A stretch of 64,000 bases of DNA, from sequence record NC_041975.1. One strand, 5' to 3'. This document shows positions 38,349 to 46,629 of this stretch, piece after piece. Under the pieces are notes generated by a model. That model searched no databases. It worked only from the letters and a program-made list of their open reading frames with translations, and was not told the DNA's origin. Made by a program: the position numbers and the translations under genes. The first letter of the stretch is position 1. Each line of letters starts with the position of its first letter.

Positions 38349-38846
38349 ATGGACATTCAACAGTACCAACCCTCTGCCCAGATCCTGCATCTCGCTAATC
38401 TGTTCTGCGACTACTTCAACCAATCGCCGAATTATTATAACTTGGATTTGGGTAACCGGATCTTTGTCGAGACCAGCATCTATCCCATTACTGGGGTCGT
38501 TGATATAACACCACAGCGGATCGAACGTCTGCAAGCGTCACACATGACAGGTCAGCTGGCCACCGTGGTCGATGAGCTGTTAAAACTATTTCCTAACATG
38601 CGCTATGTATCAGATGAGTGTGATGGGTTGTTGTCGTTACTGTGTAACGGACGGGCAATTGAGATGACAACGGCTAAGGGCCTCTGTCGGGGCATTGTCA
38701 CCTTACGGGGCGTGGTCTGGTTAGATCGCTTTGATCACGACTACCTCAATCCTGATGCTGCGCATTATGAAGAGATGGCCCGGCTGATCAATGTCCACCT
38801 GGCGCTGATTAAATTCCAAGGCACCATCCTAAAAAGATTTCTTTAA
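38349..38846 (+). CDS. Hypothetical protein
   Basis: 165 aa; AAGGTG RBS. Confidence 0.65.
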   Translation: MDIQQYQPSAQILHLANLFCDYFNQSPNYYNLDLGNRIFVETSIYPITGVVDITPQRIERLQASHMTGQLATVVDELLKLFPNMRYVSDECDGLLSLLCNGRAIEMTTAKGLCRGIVTLRGVVWLDRFDHDYLNPDAAHYEEMARLINVHLALIKFQGTILKRFL

Positions 38847-38872
38847 CACAAGTATACGTAGCGAGGTCATGA

Positions 38873-39457
38873 ATGAACTACATCTACCGGGCAAACGGCC
38901 ATTTATTTGTGTTGCTCTACCACATTCCAGTTCTTGATGTCGATCCAAATAAAATGACCCATTGGGAACGGGTATTGCATTACCGTCCCTTAACAATTGC
39001 CCTCGGGGCTGAAGAAACAGCGGCAGTCGCATTCATGCCTGTTCATCTCGAACTGAGTGGCTGGTCAATGACAACCGATGAAGGTGAGTTCTACGACGGC
39101 ATCTATGTGATCTGGGAGGGTAAACTCTATCTAACACAGAACGATGAAATGTGTTTGATAGAAGAAATCCCTACCCTGTTTCACAACCTGATGCCAAGTG
39201 CTTATCATCAGCAAATGGTGCGCTACACCCAACCGTTTGAGTTCATCAACGGACTCGACCATCGTAAGTTACGCTCGCTAAAAGCGACAGCCGAAACCGG
39301 CAACAGTTTCCTGCGTATGATGGATCGGTTTGAACAAGCGGTTGAGTGTCATTACATCAATGAACGCACCAACCTCATGGTATCCACCGAGATGCCCTTG
39401 AGCTTTATTCCGCGCCAACGTGGCGCTGCTATTAACGAACCTATCGTCTTACATTAA
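38873..39457 (+). CDS. Hypothetical protein
   Basis: 194 aa; GAGG RBS. Confidence 0.65.
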   Translation: MNYIYRANGHLFVLLYHIPVLDVDPNKMTHWERVLHYRPLTIALGAEETAAVAFMPVHLELSGWSMTTDEGEFYDGIYVIWEGKLYLTQNDEMCLIEEIPTLFHNLMPSAYHQQMVRYTQPFEFINGLDHRKLRSLKATAETGNSFLRMMDRFEQAVECHYINERTNLMVSTEMPLSFIPRQRGAAINEPIVLH

Positions 39458-39468
39458 CGGAGCCAGTC

Positions 39469-39921
39469 ATGTCAGAACAAAAACCCCTTATCCCGTTTCT
39501 CCACTTCCAGATCGATGCATTCCGTAATTACCTGGTCGCTAATGATCTGACCCCGTACGCCGTCTTTACCTTACCTAAAGGTCTGGACCCGGTACTGGAT
39601 CGCTACGCCGACCCTGCCAGTGGTCAGCTGATCCTTAACCTCAGCCCTAACTCCTGTGGTCACTACGAGATCACTGATGATGGTTATATGGTTCTGCATC
39701 AGCGTTTCTCGGGTAAAGCCCACGAAGCGTTCCTGCCGGTCCAACACCTGCTGGCCATGTATGCGCGTGAACGTCAAGACCAGGCCATGGTCTTTGCCGA
39801 CATCGAGCACACCTGCGATGATGATGTGAAATTTGTTGAAGATGAGACTGTACCGGAAGTGGATGACACTAACGTAACAGCCCTGCCCTTCAAGAAACCC
39901 ACATTAACGGTAGTCAAGTAA
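39469..39921 (+). CDS. sspB: SspB-like ClpXP specificity-enhancing adaptor
   Basis: AFRNYLVANDLTPY, GQLILNLSP, RFSGKAHEAFLPVQHLLAMYARE, an acidic linker and C-terminal KPTLTVVK align with E. coli SspB including its ClpX-binding LRVVK tail. Confidence 0.9.
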   Translation: MSEQKPLIPFLHFQIDAFRNYLVANDLTPYAVFTLPKGLDPVLDRYADPASGQLILNLSPNSCGHYEITDDGYMVLHQRFSGKAHEAFLPVQHLLAMYARERQDQAMVFADIEHTCDDDVKFVEDETVPEVDDTNVTALPFKKPTLTVVK

Positions 39922-39983
39922 ATTCTATGACTGCGGTTGCGTTCGGTGAGCTTGCCTTTGTACGGTATTGAAGTTCAGCAGTC

Positions 39984-40001
39984 GGGTGGCATTTGCCACC
40001 C
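39984..40001 (+). terminator. Hairpin GGGTGGCA/TGCCACCC
   Basis: Perfect inverted repeat followed by pyrimidine/T-rich sequence. Confidence 0.65.
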
Positions 40002-40044
40002 TTCTATACACAGCTTCTTTATTTTTTGTCGAAAAATAATCAGA

Positions 40045-40054
40045 CCTACATTAC
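40045..40054 (+). promoter_or_regulatory. Putative early-type promoter motif CCTACATTAC
   Basis: CAGACCTACATTACGT, 14/16 identical to 58582-58597. Confidence 0.5.
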
Positions 40055-40107
40055 GTATAGGCTACAGCTAGTCTGTTGTAATTCGCATCACTAAGGCTAG
40101 GTTTACT

Positions 40108-40404
40108 ATGTCACTCATTTGCGTTGATCATCTTGTGGCGGCTTGCGCTACATTTGTTCTGCTGTTGGTGCTGGAGCGCATCATTCACAGAGACGAACCC
40201 GACCACACCCTGATTGAACTGCTTCTTACCGCCTTCGGCATTTCAATCAGCATTCCCATCACTGTCGGTATGATTATGCTGACTTACGTGATTCTATTGA
40301 TCCGTAAGCAACCCAACGCCTTAACCAGGGCGAGCTATTTCCCGGTGGAGATCCTGCGTCTTATTACCCGCAATCGCTTCAGGCGAAAACCCTCTATTCT
40401 CTAA
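40108..40404 (+). CDS. Small membrane protein (2 TM)
   Basis: Two hydrophobic segments and a basic C-terminus. Confidence 0.6.
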   Translation: MSLICVDHLVAACATFVLLLVLERIIHRDEPDHTLIELLLTAFGISISIPITVGMIMLTYVILLIRKQPNALTRASYFPVEILRLITRNRFRRKPSIL

Positions 40405-40414
40405 CTTACTTCTG

Positions 40415-40443
40415 GGGTGAGTGAAAACTCACCCTTTATGCCG
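40415..40443 (+). terminator. Hairpin (GAAA loop) + TTTATGCCG
   Basis: GGGTGAGT-GAAA-ACTCACCC. Confidence 0.85.
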
Positions 40444-40505
40444 GCGTGTTTAAAACAACTAAACTGCGCCATTATTTAGACACCGTTAATTAAAGGAATA
40501 CTGTT

Positions 40506-41057
40506 ATGTCTGTTGTCGACAAATTCAAGAACTGGAAAGCGAACAAGCGCATCGCGTTGCTCGAAGAACTGCTCGAGGTTCACTACTCAATCGGCGATGT
40601 GGTGAGTTACCCAGATCCACCGGCGTTCGAAGTCTGCTGGCATGACACACCGGACTCGATTCACCGGGCACGCTGGACAGGTGTGGCTGAAGCCACCGGC
40701 ATGACGTATGACGATTTCTTCAAAGCCACGCGCGTAGGTCAGCTGCACGATACCTCAAACGTTGAAATCACCGGTGAACAAGAAGTCGCGGATATGCAAA
40801 CCCAGGGTTGCTATGCCTTCTGTAACTGGCTGACGAATGAGATCCACATCTGGCTGGGTGATCTGCCGTATGATGACCCGCGCACGGAAGAGATCCTGCA
40901 CACCATGATCGCCAGTGAGATCGCGCACCTCACCCCCAACCGTCATCGTAATGAACAGCTGGAAATGTACCGGGCAATGCAGTATGCCGTGGTAGCGCGT
41001 TCTGCCAAAGCAGTACTGGTTGATGCACTGGGCCTGCTGAAAGGAAAACAGGTATGA
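40506..41057 (+). CDS. Hypothetical protein with degenerate HExxH-like motif
   Basis: AAGGA RBS; MIASEIAHL in place of AHExxH. Confidence 0.65.
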   Translation: MSVVDKFKNWKANKRIALLEELLEVHYSIGDVVSYPDPPAFEVCWHDTPDSIHRARWTGVAEATGMTYDDFFKATRVGQLHDTSNVEITGEQEVADMQTQGCYAFCNWLTNEIHIWLGDLPYDDPRTEEILHTMIASEIAHLTPNRHRNEQLEMYRAMQYAVVARSAKAVLVDALGLLKGKQV

Positions 41058-41371
41058 AGAAGGAGCTCTTCACGGTTGTTACCATTGCGGGTGAAGTTAA
41101 AACCCCGATCACGGTGTTTGTTCCGGAGCACGACTACGATATCAATCAACGGGTAGATCTGGTGGCTGCGTGTTATGACCGTCGCCACAAACAAACACCC
41201 ATCAGCAAAGAACACAAAGCATTGGTTACTGACTTACTGGCGCAGATGCGCGAGAAGCTTAACACCGCGATTACACTCGGGGAAGATGTTGTGCTGGTCT
41301 CAGGCGATGTCTCATTGAAGTACCGGGTTTACCTCAGTACTTTTAAAGGAACGACCTATGTTGAGACATGA
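41054..41371 (+). CDS. Hypothetical protein (paralogue of next gene)
   Basis: 105 aa; shares ELxTxVxxxGxxxxPI and VSxxVxxxYxxxxxT with 41358. Confidence 0.65.
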   Translation: MKKELFTVVTIAGEVKTPITVFVPEHDYDINQRVDLVAACYDRRHKQTPISKEHKALVTDLLAQMREKLNTAITLGEDVVLVSGDVSLKYRVYLSTFKGTTYVET

Positions 41372-41672
41372 GTTGATTACTTCAGTAGCAGTCAACGGCA
41401 AGGAGTATTCGCCGATTGTCTGTCCATTGGCTAAAGGACCGGATTACAGCCGGGCGTTTGGTGCGTTGCATAAAGCGTATCGGGATGCTGCGACTTACGG
41501 CAGTCAGATCATCACGGAGCCGTATGTCAAAACCATTTGCGGGTTGATCGACCAAATCCAAACTGATCTGGCATCTGGTGTCGATTTCACCGAGACCCGT
41601 AAAGTCAGTGACGGTGAAGTGGCAATCAGTTATCACATCACCGTTCGCACACTTCCGCGCCACGGCAGTTAA
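41358..41672 (+). CDS. Hypothetical protein (paralogue of previous gene)
   Basis: 104 aa; AAGGA RBS. Confidence 0.65.
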   Translation: MLRHELITSVAVNGKEYSPIVCPLAKGPDYSRAFGALHKAYRDAATYGSQIITEPYVKTICGLIDQIQTDLASGVDFTETRKVSDGEVAISYHITVRTLPRHGS

Positions 41673-41738
41673 TTACCTAGCCCAATCAGTGCAGCCGCTG
41701 GTTGGGTTTTCTTACGCTTCATTATAAAGGAAGACATC

Positions 41739-42368
41739 ATGGGTTGGTTTAATAAACAGAAAGCTACACCGGTAGCTGAAGACACTCCCACGACAGACAA
41801 GCAAGACAGTGCCGACTACCCGTGGGGTGCAACGTATCGCCAACGGCTAATGACACATGCTCGTTCATTATTGACTGTTGATGAACAACAACCCCTGCGT
41901 TCTGGCGAAGCCGGTAAGTTGATCGTTTTTAACGGCGTGGGTTTCTTGATCCGGGGTGAATCGGCCAACATTCCTGATTTGGCTTACATGCACTATCTGG
42001 AAGAAATGTGGAACTGGTTGTTGCGCTGTAATGGAATCGAGCAAAAGCACGGTGGTGTCGTGCCTCGGGCTGAGGTGATTCGCCGTTACGATATCGGCGG
42101 GGTAGCTGAAGGGTGTGGCTATACCGTTGGGTCGCTGGAACCAATCGTACCGGCCTATACTGCCAGTAGCCTGCGTCACCGTAATGCTGCAGACGGTCTG
42201 CATTTACTCAAAACCCTGCAGGACGTGATTCCGGTCACGGACATGCTGATGATTAGTGAACATGAGAAAGAGCTGATCCGCAATATAGAGAACTTGGGGA
42301 TGAAATTGGTTTCAACTCCACTCAGTCACGCCGGTCAGATATTTAGCCGAATCCGCTTTAAGGACTGA
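41739..42368 (+). CDS. Hypothetical protein
   Basis: 209 aa; AAGGA RBS. Confidence 0.7.
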   Translation: MGWFNKQKATPVAEDTPTTDKQDSADYPWGATYRQRLMTHARSLLTVDEQQPLRSGEAGKLIVFNGVGFLIRGESANIPDLAYMHYLEEMWNWLLRCNGIEQKHGGVVPRAEVIRRYDIGGVAEGCGYTVGSLEPIVPAYTASSLRHRNAADGLHLLKTLQDVIPVTDMLMISEHEKELIRNIENLGMKLVSTPLSHAGQIFSRIRFKD

Positions 42369-42373
42369 CACCG

Positions 42374-43483
42374 ATGATCTATCTGGTCTGGATTCTGATT
42401 CCATCCTTGCTACTGGTGCTGTTGTCCAAAGCCGTGTTCCCGCATCACATCACCTTTAAAGAGTGGTCGCTGCAGGGCGTGGCAGTTGTAGTGGGGACGG
42501 CGTTGTCTGTCTTGATACTCTATATCACTACAACGGGGATGAGTATCGATCATGAAGTCTGGAATGGCTCTGTGATCTCCAAAGCGCCGGTGCACGTCTC
42601 CTGTACACACGAACACCAATGTGGCGAGACGTGTTCTACCGACAGTAAAGGTAAGAAACACTGTACGCCGATCTATTGTCCGGACCATGCCTTTGATGTT
42701 GATTGGGATGTCAAGACAACAGTCGGAACGTTTACCATTGATCGCGTGGCGTTTGACCGTCAGGGATTACGGGAACCTAAGCGCTTTACGGCGGTACAGA
42801 TTGGCGAACCGGCAGCAGCAGAGAAGTACACCCGCAATTACCTGTTGCTCGACAGTGACCGCTTTAAAGCCTCAGAAGGGGTGATGGAGAAGTATAAAGG
42901 ACGGATACCGGATTATCCCTCCACTTATGACTATTACCGTTTTAACCGGGTAGTCAACACCACCAAGGATGATTTCAATTACATCAACGATTACCTGAAT
43001 AAGGAACTGATTACACTCGGCGCACAAAAACAACTCAACATTGTCGTGGTAATAACCGACAAGAGTAAAGACTTCTATGAAGCCCTCCGTGAATCCTGGG
43101 ACGGTGCCCGTAAGAACGATGTGATACTCGTCTACGGCATTGACAAGGAACATCATGTGAACTGGTTTAAAGCCGATGCGTTTGCAGACGGGCAGTCAAA
43201 TATGTCGATGATCAAAACACTGAACTCGACGGCTCTTGACCGCACTCTTGATGCTGACCTCGTGCATGAACAACTTCACGTGATCCAGGAGCGTTTTAAT
43301 AGACTGCCTAATAAAACCTTCGAATACCTTAATGAAGATTTCACCCCACCGATGTGGGCGATCATCATGACGGTACTCATTAACCTGCTACTCAATATTG
43401 GCGTGACCTGGTTCATGGTAAAAAATGAAATGGGCGAATACGCATTCATGAATGATAAAGGAAGAAGAAATGCAAGATGGTAA
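42374..43483 (+). CDS. Multi-TM membrane protein with Cys-rich and TPM-like periplasmic region
   Basis: Two N-terminal TMs, C..H..C...C......C...YC cluster, GAQKQLNIVVVIT...WDGARKNDVILVYG segment, C-terminal TM. Confidence 0.7.
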   Translation: MIYLVWILIPSLLLVLLSKAVFPHHITFKEWSLQGVAVVVGTALSVLILYITTTGMSIDHEVWNGSVISKAPVHVSCTHEHQCGETCSTDSKGKKHCTPIYCPDHAFDVDWDVKTTVGTFTIDRVAFDRQGLREPKRFTAVQIGEPAAAEKYTRNYLLLDSDRFKASEGVMEKYKGRIPDYPSTYDYYRFNRVVNTTKDDFNYINDYLNKELITLGAQKQLNIVVVITDKSKDFYEALRESWDGARKNDVILVYGIDKEHHVNWFKADAFADGQSNMSMIKTLNSTALDRTLDADLVHEQLHVIQERFNRLPNKTFEYLNEDFTPPMWAIIMTVLINLLLNIGVTWFMVKNEMGEYAFMNDKGRRNARW

Positions 43484-44060
43484 GAAAGGCCTATCTACTG
43501 GTGCTCTTGTGGGCGTCGTCGCTGTTGGTTTCCTGGTACTGGTCCTGGCCATAGCCGGTTCGATCTTTATGGGTTATGTCTCGGCATCGAACGAAGGGGT
43601 GCGATCTGAAAGCCGCATTGAACAGCTGAACAAAGACTCCGAGAACGTGCTGTCGACCTCAACGATCAAGATCAAGAACATGGCTCAGATTCCGGGCATG
43701 TATGTGAAAGATCTTAAAGAGGTGATCAGGGCGACCTTTGAAGGGCGTTATGGTAAAGATGGGTCGAAAGCCGTAGTGCAGTTTATTCAGGAACAAAACC
43801 AGCAGGTCGATTCCAAACTGTACCTGAACATTCAAAATGAGATGGCAGCTGGTCAGGATGAGTTTCGTATTGCGCAGAGCAACAAGCTTGCAGCATGTCG
43901 TAATTATGAAAACAGCCTGGGTTATTTCTGGAAAGGTATGTTCTTGAAGTGGGCGGGCTATCCGAAGAAAGACCTGAGCAAACTCTGCCAGGTGGTATCG
44001 GATGATCAAACGCAAGAAGCGTTTAAGACCGGCAAGCAAAAGACCATCGAGCTGAACTAA
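43470..44060 (+). CDS. LemA-like single-TM helical protein
   Basis: N-terminal TM followed by an all-helical domain ending YENSLGYFWKGMFLKWAGYP, similar to the LemA C-terminal YN....FP...A...G pattern. Confidence 0.55.
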   Translation: MQDGKKGLSTGALVGVVAVGFLVLVLAIAGSIFMGYVSASNEGVRSESRIEQLNKDSENVLSTSTIKIKNMAQIPGMYVKDLKEVIRATFEGRYGKDGSKAVVQFIQEQNQQVDSKLYLNIQNEMAAGQDEFRIAQSNKLAACRNYENSLGYFWKGMFLKWAGYPKKDLSKLCQVVSDDQTQEAFKTGKQKTIELN

Positions 44061-44088
44061 CTCACCATCGGACAGGGATGTCCTTTTA

Positions 44089-44445
44089 ATGGAGGTCGTC
44101 ATGCCTTTTATTCGATTCAAAGCAAAAGAGATTAAACATACTGCGGAAGCCGTAACAAGCCTTAAGCGGTTCTTTGGTCTGATTGATAAAAACATTGATG
44201 CCGTTAAGATTGTCCAGGCATTTCAAACGGTCGATACCCGCAACGAACCATTGCTGGAAAACTCGTTGTTGATTATCACACGGATGCCAGACGGGACAAA
44301 ACGTCACACTCATATCTGGAACTCGAAGTTCAAAGAAGAACTCGCTGCATTTAAACCTGAACTGGTTGGTGAAGTCCGATCGTTCAGACTCGATTATCAG
44401 TTGTATATGGACGGCGACGAGGATAACCCCCTTAAGCGGTTCTAA
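44089..44445 (+). CDS. Hypothetical protein
   Basis: 118 aa (ATG 44089, or ATG 44101 with GGAGG RBS). Confidence 0.6.
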   Translation: MEVVMPFIRFKAKEIKHTAEAVTSLKRFFGLIDKNIDAVKIVQAFQTVDTRNEPLLENSLLIITRMPDGTKRHTHIWNSKFKEELAAFKPELVGEVRSFRLDYQLYMDGDEDNPLKRF

Positions 44446-44455
44446 GGAATCTAAA

Positions 44456-44978
44456 ATGAAAGGTACGTTGGTTGAGCATCTTGCCAGTCGTGGCTATGAT
44501 GTTGCACGGTATAAAACGCAGTGGTTGACAGACACCCAGTTGACTGTTCCATTGTTCGACTTCGATCACAAACTCAAAGGGTATCAGGTTTATACACCTG
44601 ATGCACCTAAGCATGCCGCTAACCCAAAAGAAGCACGTTACTTTACACGTGGTCTAGGTAAGCAGTTGGTGTGGGGTCTGGAGTTGGAAATTAGTATTAA
44701 CAACCAACAGATTACCAACCGTATTCTTAACTGAATCGGTTTTCAAGGCCTGTGCACTACATCGCTTAGGATTGAACGCCTGGTCTGTTTTAGGTTCTAC
44801 GGTATCTGACCCACTCTATCACCAGCTTCGCTTATTACCTGTTGACTTAGTTTGTTGCGGGGATGATGACAAAGCAGGGAAAGTATTCTCAGAAACCTTT
44901 GGTCGAGGTTTTGTGTCGCACGATCTGGATGAATTATCCCCGAAAGAATTACTCTACTTAACTGCACCGTTTTTATAA
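44456..44978 (+). pseudogene. Primase-like TOPRIM gene split by a +1 frameshift near 44690
   Basis: Frame 1 gives HLASRG...VPLFDFDHKLKGYQVY...RYFT...VWGLE. The +1 frame gives VFLTESVFKACALHRLGLNAWSVLGS...CCGDDDKAG (TOPRIM E and DxD). Confidence 0.7.
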
Positions 44979-44989
44979 AGGTAGTTATC

Positions 44990-46228
44990 ATGTCAAACAT
45001 TATTGAATTAGAAGGCAAGCAGGTTCCCATCAAGATGTGGACGAAGTTTGTTCCGGTAGAAGAACGTGCTCAACAGCAATTACTAAACTTGAGTGAGTTA
45101 CCTTTCATCTTCAAACACCTCGCCGTGATGCCTGATGTGCACTGGGGAATGGGTGCGACCATTGGTTCGGTTATTGCGACTAAAGGTGCGATTATTCCTG
45201 CTGCTGTGGGTGTTGATATTGGTTGTGGGATGATTGCCCAACAAACCTCGCTGGTTGCTGCTGACCTACCCGATAACCTCAGTGCTTTGCGCAGTCGTAT
45301 TGAAGCAGGCATCCCGCATGGCCGTACCGATAACGGCGGTGCAAACGATCGCGGTGCTTGGGGTGATGAGTTCGCCATGGGCTTAGACGATGTGCACCGT
45401 GAAGCATTGCTGGTTCTTCAGCAACGTTTAGTGGCTATTGTGGCTAAGCACCCGAAGCTCACCAAAGCAGCCAGTAAGTTCACCAAACATACTGGCACAC
45501 TGGGTAGCGGTAACCACTTCGTTGAAATCTGTTTAGACGAAGAGCAACGCGTTTGGGTAATGTTGCATTCAGGTTCACGTGGCATCGGTAACACCATCGG
45601 TAAATACTTCATCGAGAAAGCCAAAGAAGAGATGAACCGTTTCTTCGTCCATTTAGTTGACCAAGATCTGGCGTATCTCCCAGAAGGCTCTCAGTATTAC
45701 GATGACTACCTGCAAGCGGTGCAATGGGCACAAGACTTTGCAGCGCTCAATCGTGCGGTGATGCTGAGTGCGACACTGAAGGCATTGCACAGTGCCGTGG
45801 CTAAGCCATTCACTGAAAGCACCATTGCGGTTAACTGTCACCACAACTATGTCGCAATGGAAAACCATTTTGATACCAATGTCCTGGTCACCCGTAAAGG
45901 TGCAGTGCGGGCGCGTGTAGGTGATTTGGCGATTATCCCGGGTAGTATGGGTGCAAAGTCGTTTATTGTCGAAGGGCTGGGTAACCAGGAAAGCTTCTGT
46001 TCGTGCTCGCATGGTGCTGGTCGTTTACTGTCGCGCTCAGCAGCGGTGAAACAATTTAGTCTGGAAGACCATATCCGTGATACCGAGGGTGTGGAATGTC
46101 GTAAAGATAAAGACGTCCTTGATGAAACACCGAAGGCGTATAAGTCGATTGAAGACGTGATGCGTTCACAAGACGATTTGGTGAAAATCAAATATACCCT
46201 GAAACAGATCCTTTGTGTAAAAGGTTAA
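44990..46228 (+). CDS. rtcB: RtcB RNA ligase (3'-phosphate/cyclic-phosphate joining)
   Basis: MPDVHWG, VGVDIGCG, GTLGSGNHFVE, HSGSRG, NCHHNY, TRKGA, PGSMG, SCSHGAGR, DETPKAYK. Confidence 0.97.
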   Translation: MSNIIELEGKQVPIKMWTKFVPVEERAQQQLLNLSELPFIFKHLAVMPDVHWGMGATIGSVIATKGAIIPAAVGVDIGCGMIAQQTSLVAADLPDNLSALRSRIEAGIPHGRTDNGGANDRGAWGDEFAMGLDDVHREALLVLQQRLVAIVAKHPKLTKAASKFTKHTGTLGSGNHFVEICLDEEQRVWVMLHSGSRGIGNTIGKYFIEKAKEEMNRFFVHLVDQDLAYLPEGSQYYDDYLQAVQWAQDFAALNRAVMLSATLKALHSAVAKPFTESTIAVNCHHNYVAMENHFDTNVLVTRKGAVRARVGDLAIIPGSMGAKSFIVEGLGNQESFCSCSHGAGRLLSRSAAVKQFSLEDHIRDTEGVECRKDKDVLDETPKAYKSIEDVMRSQDDLVKIKYTLKQILCVKG

Positions 46229-46230
46229 TT

Positions 46231-46551
46231 ATGAACAAGAAAAAGCAAGTTACGATCTTCGTGGCGGGTGATGTCAATTCAGCTAAGACCACGGTCATTG
46301 CCATTATTGAAAAGGCGCTGAAAGAAGCGGGTCTGGATGCCAAACTGCTTGCGCATGCAGCGGCGGATGCGGAATATTTCGTTGGCGTAAAAAGCGCGTT
46401 AGAATATATTCCAGAGATCAGCGATAAGGTCGAGGTCTCCATTGAAGAACTCACCCGCCCAGCACCGACCAACGATGATGGCTCGCGCCCTGAGAGTTAT
46501 GTGGCGATCACACATAGCGCCGGCATCAAGATCCTTCCCCGTAACAGCTAG
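46231..46551 (+). CDS. Small protein with degenerate P-loop, related to 36537
   Basis: VTIFVAGDVNSAKTTVIAIIEKAL versus ITVKVVGPIQAGKTAIASLLDNAL. Confidence 0.65.
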   Translation: MNKKKQVTIFVAGDVNSAKTTVIAIIEKALKEAGLDAKLLAHAAADAEYFVGVKSALEYIPEISDKVEVSIEELTRPAPTNDDGSRPESYVAITHSAGIKILPRNS

Positions 46552-46556
46552 CTTCT

Positions 46557-46585
46557 AAGAGGACTTCGGTCCTCTTTTATGCCCG
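46557..46585 (+). terminator. Hairpin (UUCG) + TTATGCCCG
   Basis: AAGAGGAC-TTCG-GTCCTCTT. Confidence 0.85.
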
Positions 46586-46629
46586 GTTTAATTGTATATA
46601 GACACAGTACACATCAACCGAGGGCCATC

